A stretch of 64,000 bases of DNA from an uncultured delta proteobacterium. Its GTDB lineage: Bacteria; Desulfobacterota; Desulfobacteria; Desulfobacterales; QNYZ01. The DNA is taken from NCBI GenBank assembly GCA_963845145.1, contig CAWJQU010000008.1:256001-320000 (forward strand), given 5' to 3'. Position numbers and translations under genes: made by a program. The notes under the pieces are model-generated. The model was not told the origin of the DNA and did not search any database. It saw only the letters and a program-made list of their open reading frames with translations. Below, piece by piece: positions 39,047 to 47,992 of this stretch. The first letter of the stretch is position 1; every line of letters begins with the position of its first letter.

Positions 39047-41428
39047 CTATTTCTTTTTGATGGCTTTATATGATTTCATCCTTTTTGCCTTTGTAGTCTT
39101 TTTGCCTTTGTATTTTTTTTTCGGGTGAGGCTTCTTTTTTCGAGGTCTTTTAGAAAAACCATTGCTACCACTCATGGGCAGTACAAAATCAATTTTACGC
39201 TCATCCAGATTAACGCGGGCCACGACGATTTCGATTGGGTCTCCCAGTCGATAGATTTTGCCCGAGTTTTCACCTTTCATCATGTGCTTTGCAGCATCAA
39301 AGTGGTAATAGTCGTTTTTAAGTGCCGTGATGTGCACCAGACCTTCAACATAGATATCGTTGAGTTCTACAAAAAGCCCGAAACTTGTTACCGTGGAAAT
39401 AATCCCGGAGAATTTTTCTCCGACTTTGTCCTGCATGTATTCCGCTTCTAACCACGAAATAACGTCACGACTAGCATCATCGGCACGTTGTTCGCACATG
39501 GAACAATGCTCGCCTAGTGCTTTCATATCGGCGTAGTCGTAGTGGTAGCTTTTACTTGGTGCGTTTTCGTCGGTATTTTTTGGGGCGTTTCGAACAGTAC
39601 GTTGTAAAAGCCTACTTTTTTTGCCGTGGGGTTCCGTTGTAAGTGCAAGGACATGACGTATTGCACGGTGGGCCAACAAGTCGGGGTAACGACGAATAGG
39701 CGATGTGAAATGGGCATAATCCTGTCGTGACAAACCAAAATGATGTGTTTTTTCCGGATGCTTAGGATCAACAGGCGCATATATTGCGCGGCTAATGGAG
39801 CGCAACATCACTGTTTGAATTAAATGTGCATCGGGTCGCTCTTTGACACTGTCCAATAAGGTTGCATAATCTTTTGATTGGGGCTTACCGCCTCCACCAA
39901 GCGATAAGCCCAATCCACCTAAAAATTCACGTAACCCGGTTAGTTTTTCGGTTTTTGGCCCATCATGTACTCGATGCAACGCCGGCATCTTGTGTTTCTT
40001 CAGAAAACGCGCCGCACACATATTGGCTGTCACCATACATTCTTCAATCAGCTTATGTGCATCGTTTCGTATGGTAGGCCGGATGCTTTCAATCTTGCGA
40101 TTTTCGCTAAAAATTATTCTGGTTTCGCTCTTTTCAAAATCGATCGAACCACGTTTAGTACGTGCTTTTCGCAATACATGGTAAAGCTTGTAAAGATCAT
40201 CCAGGTGGACAACGATGTCAGCATGTTCTTTACGTAAATCGGCATCGTTATCGACAATGATAGCAGCCATTTTGGTATAGGTTAGACGTGCCGCAGAATG
40301 CATTATTGCATTCATGAATTGGTAATCGATAACCTCTCCCGCGGGGTCAATCGTGGCTTCACAAGCCATACATAAACGATCAACCGCAGGATTTAGGGAA
40401 CACAATCCATTGGATATTTTTTCCGGAAGCATGGGAATAACATCTGCAGGGAAATACACAGAAGTTCCTCGGTTCCAGGCTTCTTGGTCAAGTGCGCTGC
40501 CAATAGGCACATAATGAGATACATCAGCGATGGCTACGGTAAGTTTCCAGTTGCCTTTCTTGTCTTGTTCACAATAAACCGCATCATCAAAATCACGGGA
40601 ATCTTCTCCGTCTATGGTAACGAGCGGCATCTTGCGAAGATCAACACGGTTTTTCTTGTCTTCTTCTAATACTTCATCGTTTAACGCTTGGCTTTCCGTG
40701 ATGGTATCGTCTGGCCACGTATGCGGTAAATCATGCGAGCGTAGCGCAATGTCGATTTCCATACCCGGTGCCATATGATCGCCTAATGTTTCGATTACTT
40801 TACCAATCGGTTGATGCCGTTCGGTAGGGTATTCAATAATCCGTGCGACGACAATTTGTCCGTTTTCGGCATCACCACCGTTTCCCACTGGAATAAGAAT
40901 ATTCCGGGCCATTCTTGAATTATCCGGAGTGACAAAACCCACGCCCCTTTCGACGAAATAGCGCCCCACAACCGATTCTGTCTTGCGCTCCAGAATTTCT
41001 ACGATCGCACCTTCACGTCGCCCCTTGCGATCAAAGCCGGTTATGCTGCATAATACACGATCGCCATGCAACACCTTGCGCATTTGTTTGGCGTGCAAAT
41101 ATAGATCATCGCTGCCATCATCGGGAATCAAAAACCCGAAGCCATCCGGGTGTCCTTGTACTCGACCTGCAATCAAGTGTGCCTTGACAACGGGGACGTA
41201 TTTATTACTGCGATTAAACAAAATTTGGCCATCACGTTCCATCGCCCGTAAGCGATATTTCATCGAGCTGAGATCTTTTGGTTCGCTTATACCAAGTTTG
41301 TGGGCGAGTTTACGAAAACCTATCGGTCTTCCATTTTTTTCCATTGTTTCGAGCATTAGCTCACGACTGGGAATGGGTCGGCCGTATTTCTTAGCTTCAC
41401 GTTTGTAATGGGGGTCTTTATATTTCAA
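39047..41428 (-). CDS. rnr: Ribonuclease R
   Basis: HPDGFGF, TIDGEDSRDFDDA, HFTSPIRRYPDL, S1 domain and Lys-rich tail. Confidence 0.96.
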   Translation of the reverse strand: MKYKDPHYKREAKKYGRPIPSRELMLETMEKNGRPIGFRKLAHKLGISEPKDLSSMKYRLRAMERDGQILFNRSNKYVPVVKAHLIAGRVQGHPDGFGFLIPDDGSDDLYLHAKQMRKVLHGDRVLCSITGFDRKGRREGAIVEILERKTESVVGRYFVERGVGFVTPDNSRMARNILIPVGNGGDAENGQIVVARIIEYPTERHQPIGKVIETLGDHMAPGMEIDIALRSHDLPHTWPDDTITESQALNDEVLEEDKKNRVDLRKMPLVTIDGEDSRDFDDAVYCEQDKKGNWKLTVAIADVSHYVPIGSALDQEAWNRGTSVYFPADVIPMLPEKISNGLCSLNPAVDRLCMACEATIDPAGEVIDYQFMNAIMHSAARLTYTKMAAIIVDNDADLRKEHADIVVHLDDLYKLYHVLRKARTKRGSIDFEKSETRIIFSENRKIESIRPTIRNDAHKLIEECMVTANMCAARFLKKHKMPALHRVHDGPKTEKLTGLREFLGGLGLSLGGGGKPQSKDYATLLDSVKERPDAHLIQTVMLRSISRAIYAPVDPKHPEKTHHFGLSRQDYAHFTSPIRRYPDLLAHRAIRHVLALTTEPHGKKSRLLQRTVRNAPKNTDENAPSKSYHYDYADMKALGEHCSMCEQRADDASRDVISWLEAEYMQDKVGEKFSGIISTVTSFGLFVELNDIYVEGLVHITALKNDYYHFDAAKHMMKGENSGKIYRLGDPIEIVVARVNLDERKIDFVLPMSGSNGFSKRPRKKKPHPKKKYKGKKTTKAKRMKSYKAIKKK

Positions 41429-41479
41429 TGTGGTTTACCTTATTGTTGTTCGTTTAGTTGTTTATTATTAATGGAGCAT

Positions 41480-41956
41480 TCACGGGTACATGCTTTCTTC
41501 CACCATTCTCCATCTATCCACTGTTTTTAAGTTTTTATTACGATGATAAGTCAAAGCCAAGGCAATGCAGGTTTTTAATTCTTTAACCGGAATCTCATCA
41601 TCCATATTAAAAACAATAGCCCGATTTTTTTCATATTTGAATTTCTTTGGATATTTTTCTCTAAACGCAACAACCAGATTCGCCGTGCATTTAAAATACA
41701 TGGCATATTGTTTTGCTTGCGCCTTTTTCCAATCAATCCTTACAGTGCTTCCGCTTTTTGTTTTCGGCGTCAAATAGCTTGGCTCGCCCCACTTAAGGGT
41801 TTCCTCTATTTCCCCAACCGCTTCAATCGAAGCCGCTGTTTCTAATATCAATTCGCGAAGGAACATTAATTTGGTTCTTATTTCTTTGGGATAGGATTCA
41901 AAAACCGCAGCAACGTCAATATTGGTTATTTTGTCTGAAATATTCGTGTCTTTCAT
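41480..41956 (-). CDS. DUF1801 (YdhG-like) protein
   Basis: EETLKWGEPSY, GSTVRIDW and IALALTYH. Confidence 0.8.
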   Translation of the reverse strand: MKDTNISDKITNIDVAAVFESYPKEIRTKLMFLRELILETAASIEAVGEIEETLKWGEPSYLTPKTKSGSTVRIDWKKAQAKQYAMYFKCTANLVVAFREKYPKKFKYEKNRAIVFNMDDEIPVKELKTCIALALTYHRNKNLKTVDRWRMVEESMYP

Positions 41957-42018
41957 TATTAATTATCGATTGTGAATATAAATTTTTAAGATGTGACGCT
42001 CATCTTTTCTGAACCGAT

Positions 42019-43092
42019 TTACGTGTCCAGGTATTTTAAGAACGCTGACAGTGCCGTTATCTCATCTTTTTTAGATAAACCTCTCCGGACCTTCACCATC
42101 TCCTTAAATTCCTGCTTGTCCATCAGGAGATGCTCTTTCCGGGTGCCGGATTGAATGATATTGATAGCCGGCCATAACCTTTGTTCAGCACACTTTCGGC
42201 TGAGTACGAGGTCCATATTTCCAGTGCCCTTGAACTCCTGAAAGATGATATCATCCATTTTACTGCCGGTATCGATCAAAATTGTGGCAATAATTGTCAA
42301 AGATCCGCCATTATCTACGTTGCGTGCGGCGCCAAAGATCCGCCTTGGTATTTCCATGGCATTTGCACCCAGGCCACCCGTCAAGGTCCGGCCGTAACTT
42401 TGCGATTCTGTATTAAACGCACGCGACATCCGCGTTAGCGAATCGATAAACACCACTGCATCATTACCCGTCTCAGCGATACGAATTGCCGCATTCACGG
42501 TCATTTCAGTCATCCGCAAATGTTGAGAAACGTCCTGGTCAGCAGAGGAGGAGAGTACATAAGCATGTTTAAGCCCTCTTCTGAAGTCTGTAACTTCCTC
42601 CGGCCTTTCATCAACCAATAGCGCAAAGACCACCACTTCTGGGTGATTGCTTATAAGGGAATTGGCCATGTGCTTTAAAATGGTTGTTTTACCTGATTTG
42701 GGAGGTGATATGATCAAACCACGCTGCCCTTTTCCAATCGGCACGATCATATCCAGCGCCTTTCCCATGATATCGTCCGGCCCCTGAGTGAGTTTAAGCC
42801 TTTCAGATGGGTTGATACTGACGCCACTCTGGAGTGGCTTTATTTTCGAAAACTCTTTTAATGGTATATGATTTATTTTTTCAATTTCAGTGAGTTTCAA
42901 ATTACTCTTTTTACTGTCACCCCTGACCCCGGAACCTTCAATAAAAACACCTTCGTTTAGATTAAATTTTTGTATCAGGTGAGCCGGAACGAAAGTGTCC
43001 TCCGGATTCGGCTGAAAATTTCTTTCAATCGATCTCAAAAATCCAAATCTTCGATCCAATATTTCCAGATGTCCTTCTACGGATTTCAACAT
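42019..43092 (-). CDS. rho: Transcription termination factor Rho (short form)
   Basis: [46 protein letters not shown] and SGTRKE. Confidence 0.92.
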   Translation of the reverse strand: MLKSVEGHLEILDRRFGFLRSIERNFQPNPEDTFVPAHLIQKFNLNEGVFIEGSGVRGDSKKSNLKLTEIEKINHIPLKEFSKIKPLQSGVSINPSERLKLTQGPDDIMGKALDMIVPIGKGQRGLIISPPKSGKTTILKHMANSLISNHPEVVVFALLVDERPEEVTDFRRGLKHAYVLSSSADQDVSQHLRMTEMTVNAAIRIAETGNDAVVFIDSLTRMSRAFNTESQSYGRTLTGGLGANAMEIPRRIFGAARNVDNGGSLTIIATILIDTGSKMDDIIFQEFKGTGNMDLVLSRKCAEQRLWPAINIIQSGTRKEHLLMDKQEFKEMVKVRRGLSKKDEITALSAFLKYLDT

Positions 43093-43145
43093 TTGACTCC
43101 TAACAGTAATAATTATAAAGGGCTGTGGTTGGAACTCGTTCTATG

Positions 43146-43288
43146 TACAACGAATCTCAAAAAAAATCTAAGCGCCCCTGGCGGCGGTGCAAAACGGTTC
43201 AAAATGCTCACATACTATGGGTATGCTCCGCTTTTTCACAGTTTCGCGCTTGCCAAGAACACTAACATTTATTTTGAGATACCTTGTA
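43146..43288. mobile_element. MITE-like element with imperfect terminal inverted repeats
   Basis: Left end tacaacgaatctcaaaaaaaatctaagcg versus reverse-complemented right end tacaaggtatctcaaaataaatgttagtg. Non-coding. Confidence 0.65.
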
Positions 43289-43409
43289 GTCAATTTGGTC
43301 AGTTTTGCAAGGGACTTTCACCCTGCAAGATGAACCAAGCTTCGCTTGGCGCGCTAACAGCTCAATCACCGGCCCAGCTTTTTGGGTCCGGTGAATTTTC
43401 AGGTTGGCG

Positions 43410-43700
43410 TTAGGATGATGGTTCTTTTGGTAGCTGCGTGCCATGCCACACTGCAACAATCCATACAACATCGTCTTTGATTTTATAAAAAAATCGATAC
43501 GGTGATATGATTACTTCTCGGTAGGGGAGTTCTGAAAATTCAGGTACAATTCTCCCGGATTCAGGAAAATCCTCAAGCCTTCGTAGTATTTTTTCAGCCC
43601 GATTACGAAAATTGATAGCCGCTGAATGTTTATCCTTTCGAATGTATGATAGCGCAGAAAGGAATTGAGTTTTGGCAGAAGGTGTAAATTTGACCTTCAC
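43410..43700 (-). CDS. Type II toxin, RelE/ParE family
   Basis: MKVKFTPSA, LEDFPESGR and YRFFY...IVAVWHG. Overlaps the antitoxin stop. Confidence 0.9.
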   Translation of the reverse strand: MKVKFTPSAKTQFLSALSYIRKDKHSAAINFRNRAEKILRRLEDFPESGRIVPEFSELPYREVIISPYRFFYKIKDDVVWIVAVWHGTQLPKEPSS

Positions 43701-43978
43701 GAAGGCTCCTTGGCTAAAATAGCGTCGGCTTCAGCAAGAACTGTATCCAGATCATACCCCACGCCCATTTCGATTTCCCTATCTCCCTTAGCCAAAAGGC
43801 GCAACAGATCTTTCTCGTGTTCAGATTTCTCATAGGCATCAACACCAATTATTACTGCTGTTGCCCGACCCCTTTGTGTTATTATCAAAGGTTCTTTGCT
43901 GTTTCGTAATTGTTTCAGTAGCTTTGCAGCGTCTTGCCTTAAATCGCTAACCGGAATGATATTTGACAGCTTGCCCAT
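43697..43978 (-). CDS. Type II antitoxin, Phd/YefM family
   Basis: IPVSDLR and EPLIITQRGRATAV. Confidence 0.92.
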   Translation of the reverse strand: MGKLSNIIPVSDLRQDAAKLLKQLRNSKEPLIITQRGRATAVIIGVDAYEKSEHEKDLLRLLAKGDREIEMGVGYDLDTVLAEADAILAKEPS

Positions 43979-44531
43979 ATTGTACCTCCATTGATACTTC
44001 TAAATGTATCATCAACAATACCACAAAGCAAGCGCTTTGATGAACTGGAGGATTCGACATCAGAACATTGGTAAAGATATCGATCTCAAAGCGTTCACTC
44101 ATATCGCCCAACAAGCCTATAAAACCATTTTGATCGATATCGTCTGAAAAAATTCGATTTCCAACGTTACCTCCTGAAAGTATATGGAAAAACGCTCCCT
44201 CGAATTCGATTCTTCATTGCCTGCCCATGGATTGTGCTTTTCAGGTTTCAACTCCAGCCAATTTTATTACTCAATTCAAGGTGTGACACTATCTCTTCAG
44301 GTGATCTATGCCCAAAATTGTGCCAATTTCAGAAAAAATTCCTGTTTGACATCCCGATCGATATTTCATATTTAAGCTTCATTTCCATTATCTGATTTTC
44401 AATGGGTAATGGAAACCTGAAGATACCATATGCCGTGGTTGACTTTAATACCGTACACAAGACGAACTTTTAAGGTTATCCGCTTCCAAAAAGGAACTTC
44501 TTATCAATTCAATATTATAGAATAAGGACCT

Positions 44532-45185
44532 ATGACGAAAAAACCTACGAAAATGGATCGACGAACTGTTTTATTAGGTATGGTAGCCGGGGCTGTGAGT
44601 TTGACACATCTGCCCAGTCAATGGGTGAAACCAGTTGTCGATATGGTAATATTACCCGCCCATGCACAAACCTCAGTGCTCCCAGAGCCTCAAGAACCGC
44701 CTGTGCCAGATCCTGAAGAGCCGCCTCTGCCAGTGCTGCGCCTCTCGTTGGATTGTGACAGTATTACGGTTACACCTGATTCGGTCTCAGCACCTGGAGA
44801 TTATACTGACTCATCAACTTCTCAACTTTTCACAATAGCCGGGAGAGTTACTGCTTCGCCGCCAGTTGCAAACTTAGACTTAAGGGGTATTCATCTGACC
44901 ATAGAACTTGGCCCGGGTGATCAATTCACATCGGATGATAATACGGGACCCAATAACCAGATTAGAACAGCGACCTATGCATCGACCCCAGAGGGTCAAT
45001 TTGACCGTAGCGTCGTTTTAGATACGTTTACGCAATCTTTTAGTCCTTACTGCACGACACTTGGTTATAGAATCAGTCTCACCGATGCGTCTTATTTTGA
45101 GAGCCAGTATCCGCAATATGTTGTTATCTTAGACGATTCAGTTTGTGAAAGAGACAGCGTCTGTGGCTACGTTTCTTTACCTTAG
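44532..45185 (+). CDS. Exported protein with twin-arginine-like leader and WVKPVV..VILPAHAQTS motif
   Basis: MDRRTVLLG leader, AHA-QTS cleavage-like site, Pro-rich linker and four Cys. Confidence 0.75.
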   Translation: MTKKPTKMDRRTVLLGMVAGAVSLTHLPSQWVKPVVDMVILPAHAQTSVLPEPQEPPVPDPEEPPLPVLRLSLDCDSITVTPDSVSAPGDYTDSSTSQLFTIAGRVTASPPVANLDLRGIHLTIELGPGDQFTSDDNTGPNNQIRTATYASTPEGQFDRSVVLDTFTQSFSPYCTTLGYRISLTDASYFESQYPQYVVILDDSVCERDSVCGYVSLP

Positions 45186-45203
45186 ACGATTCAGTTTGTG
45201 AAA
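45128..45203 (+). repeat. Perfect 23-bp direct repeat, 53 bp apart
   Basis: cttagacgattcagtttgtgaaa at 45128-45150 and 45181-45203. Confidence 0.95.
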
Positions 45204-45493
45204 CAAGCAGCTCCTGCGAAATAGTCGGATCAGATATACGACTCAAGACAAATATTCAGTCGTTAAGCCCGGCTGTAAATGGTTACGACCTATACCGGTT
45301 CTCATATATTGATGATGTCAATGCACAATTATATGTGGGCGTTATGGCCCAGGAACTGTTGGATTCCAGGCCTGACGCTGTGATGACCATGCCGAATGGA
45401 TACTATGCAGTTGATTATGGTGCTATTGGTTTGAAAATGACAACCTGGGAAGCGTGGCAAAAATGTGGAAAGGCGGCTGTCAAGCTTCATTAG
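45182..45493 (+). pseudogene. Startless reading frame encoding a peptidase S74 intramolecular chaperone/autocleavage domain
   Basis: LDDSVCETSSSCEIVG-SDIRLKTNI...YRFSY...YVGVMAQEL...PDAV...GYYAVDYG...KLH*. Not in the ORF track. Confidence 0.85.
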
Positions 45494-45894
45494 TGGCTTA
45501 CTCAATTTTCGGGATTCATCAGCTTGAGCGGCAATAAGCGTTAAAGTTTGAAATTATGAGTCAATACCTTAAAGAGCCCTCTCTGTTGATAGATAATGGA
45601 TCTGCCCTTATTCACCACGATATCAAACAGAGTGGGTTCAAATACACCCCGGCAAAATCGCTCCCGAATCGCAGCTTAATGGAGATCTGACGGAATTGGT
45701 GATAAGCCAGCCCTAACTTTTTCGAAAATTCCCTCCATTAATTCATCAACGCTCACAAACTATCTTCTTTTAGCCATTCTTACAAGTTCATTGGGGCAGT
45801 TCAAATTGTCTCCAACAGGTCCAGCATGTAAAGACGCCTTCTCTCCCCTATTCCAGCCTATCTTGGACGCACATACCCCTTATGGAATAATGTA

Positions 45895-46266
45895 TTTAAA
45901 GAGTGGTTAAAAGAAACCTTTTCAAGTCAGCGATTTGCACTGGAGGTTCCTGCGTCCAGAGAGTTGGCTCCTGCAGCCGAGCAGAAAATAGCCCTGGTTT
46001 GGGGGTACTTTAATGTGACGAAAGAGCAAATGTGTATTGCAAGAAGGGGAACCGAGAATTTGCCGCATGATCTGGCAATTTACTTGGTACGTATAAATAC
46101 AAGAGAACCGCTTGCTGTTGTCGGTAGTTATTTTGGCATAGGAAAATATAGCACTGTGAGTAGTGCAGTAGAGCGAGTGAAATTGCGTAAGCAGAAAGAT
46201 GAACCTGTAAGAAAACACCTTTCTACTATAAGGGACAGGATGGACAATAGTCAAAGGGAGACTTGA
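45895..46266 (+). pseudogene. C-terminal remnant of a RAYT/Y1-type transposase with DnaA-like HTH
   Basis: FKEWLKETF...EVPASRELAP...RRGTENLPHDLAIYL...YSTVSSAVERVK...SQRET*. No N-terminal HUH domain seen. Confidence 0.6.
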
Positions 46267-46558
46267 CACCCTTCACAGTTCAAGGTAAATAAAAGGGCCT
46301 TGTTTTAAGCGTTGCACAGATAAAATGCAAATATTGCTTAAACACAATCGCCTTGAACCTGATGGGTGACTGGTGCGGATCAGTTTTTAGCTGATGCGTA
46401 GCCTATTACAAAGAAGTAGCGGGTGCGAACAGGTGACAAAAACGAGGCTGTGTATTTGTGCGCAAATCAGGTCAATAGAAAAAAGTTAATTTTTTCCGTA
46501 GGAGAGGTGTTTTTTCTCTTGCCTAACTTAAGGGTGACACCATTTCCTTTGTTGCTTG

Positions 46559-47029
46559 CTATCCACAATTTCTCTGTCTTATCGCCTCATATAAGACAAT
46601 TCCAGCGCTCATCGCTAGATTGAGGCTGCGTATTTTTTTATTTAGCATAGGCAGAGTGTAGCACCTGTCCTGATAGAGTTTTAAAGTATCCTCCGGGAGT
46701 CCTTTTGTTTCTTTGCCAAATATAAAATAACTTCCCGGTTGAAATCTGGCTGAGGTATATTCTTTTTTTGCCTTGGTGGAAAAAAAATAAAGGTCTTTTT
46801 CACGTGGCGTCAAAAGGAATTCTTCAAAGCCCGGCCAATGAATTATCTCCACATGTTCCCAATAATCCAAACCCGCCCGCTTAAGATGCTTGTCGTCTGT
46901 CTTGAACCCCAGAGGATGTACCAGGTGTAGTCTTGAATTTGTCGCTCCGCATAGCCTGGCAATAGAACCGGTGTTTGGTGGAATTTCAGGTTCTACCAGA
47001 ACTACATTAAAGGTTTGTTCCATATCCAT
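46559..47029 (-). CDS. trmL: tRNA (cytidine/uridine-34 2'-O)-methyltransferase
   Basis: PEIPPNTGSIAR, LKRAGLDYW, FGKETKGL and RSLNLAMS. Confidence 0.95.
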   Translation of the reverse strand: MDMEQTFNVVLVEPEIPPNTGSIARLCGATNSRLHLVHPLGFKTDDKHLKRAGLDYWEHVEIIHWPGFEEFLLTPREKDLYFFSTKAKKEYTSARFQPGSYFIFGKETKGLPEDTLKLYQDRCYTLPMLNKKIRSLNLAMSAGIVLYEAIRQRNCG

Positions 47030-47768
47030 AACAGGGTATTATTGGTTTAGGCTACCTTGAATAATTGCTATTTTGCCCAACCTCTTTGTTGTGTTAAGAA
47101 TTTTATTAAAAAGTGTTGGGGCCATTGCACGCTAAATAATTGACATTGCAGAGATAATTCCATATAAACGGCTTAAAAGTTTCCGATGGAAAAGCTCGTG
47201 GCAATTAGAATTATTCCGTATGCGCCATCTCTTCAGCAATCATTTCCGCTTGTTTTAACACCGTCTCGGTTGCCAGCTTCTGCATATCCGGCGGATAGCC
47301 ATACTGCCACAACGGCTCTTCCTTGTCATTATTCTTCTTGGCTTTTGCCATTTGTTACTCCAGCTCTTAATTTGTCGCTTTTTACCGATACAAAAACCGT
47401 GTGCTCATTCTGCTTTGTAAATGTCAATGATGTAAGGGGCTAAAAAGTTATTGTATAGTTTCAGTATATTAACCATAAACCAACCCAATCGACAAGTCCC
47501 ATTGTAATCTAAGCCAATTTTCTAACTTGTTATCCAGCAAATAAACGAAATAAACAGAAACAACATAAGCATAAACCACAATTTTCAACCGAAATTGAAG
47601 ACATTTTAATATCGATCTTGATGCCGGAAATTACACGACAAGGGATGCACCTTGGTGCCTTCTAAAAACAATCTCTCCATAAAAACGGGTTGCTTTCTTG
47701 TAAATAATGGGTATGATAACAGATCTGTTACAGATTATATCTGTTTCACCATGAGAGAGCGCTATTTC

Positions 47769-47810
47769 AAACCGCGAAGTCCTCTTATATCGGATTTCGC
47801 GGTTTTTTTT
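47769..47810 (+). terminator. Intrinsic terminator-like hairpin in the helicase leader
   Basis: aaaccgcgaagtcc / ggatttcgcggttt stem followed by a T-tract. Confidence 0.8.
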
Positions 47811-47852
47811 GTATTTAAGGGAATGATGCAATCGTAAGAAGTCATCAAAAGG

Positions 47853-47978
47853 GATGGCAAAGAAAAAAGGCCAAGTTCAAGGCGTCGCGAATCCCGTGTG
47901 ATGAGGCGTACTTTTCGTACGCCGCAATCATGACGGGATGAAGCGCAACGCAGAAATTGGCCTTTTTACGAAGCCATC
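47853..47978. mobile_element. MITE-like element with terminal inverted repeats
   Basis: gatggcaaagaaaaaaggccaa ... ttggcctttttacgaagccatc (18/22 match), with an internal hairpin ggcgtac-ttttc-gtacgcc. Confidence 0.8.
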
Positions 47979-47992
47979 AGGGAATAAAGATT

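Noticed and set aside
45128..45203. Mini CRISPR array (23-bp repeats, 30-bp spacer)
   Set aside because: Only two non-palindromic copies, both read as protein sequence, and no cas genes in the window.
47030..47690. tRNA or small CDS in the long trmL-helicase gap
   Set aside because: No cloverleaf or T-loop motif seen, and the short ORFs show no motifs I recognise.
47957..47992. N-terminal extension of the DEAD-box helicase in the ORF track
   Set aside because: It begins within the MITE end. ATG 47993 gives a typical MKTF start.
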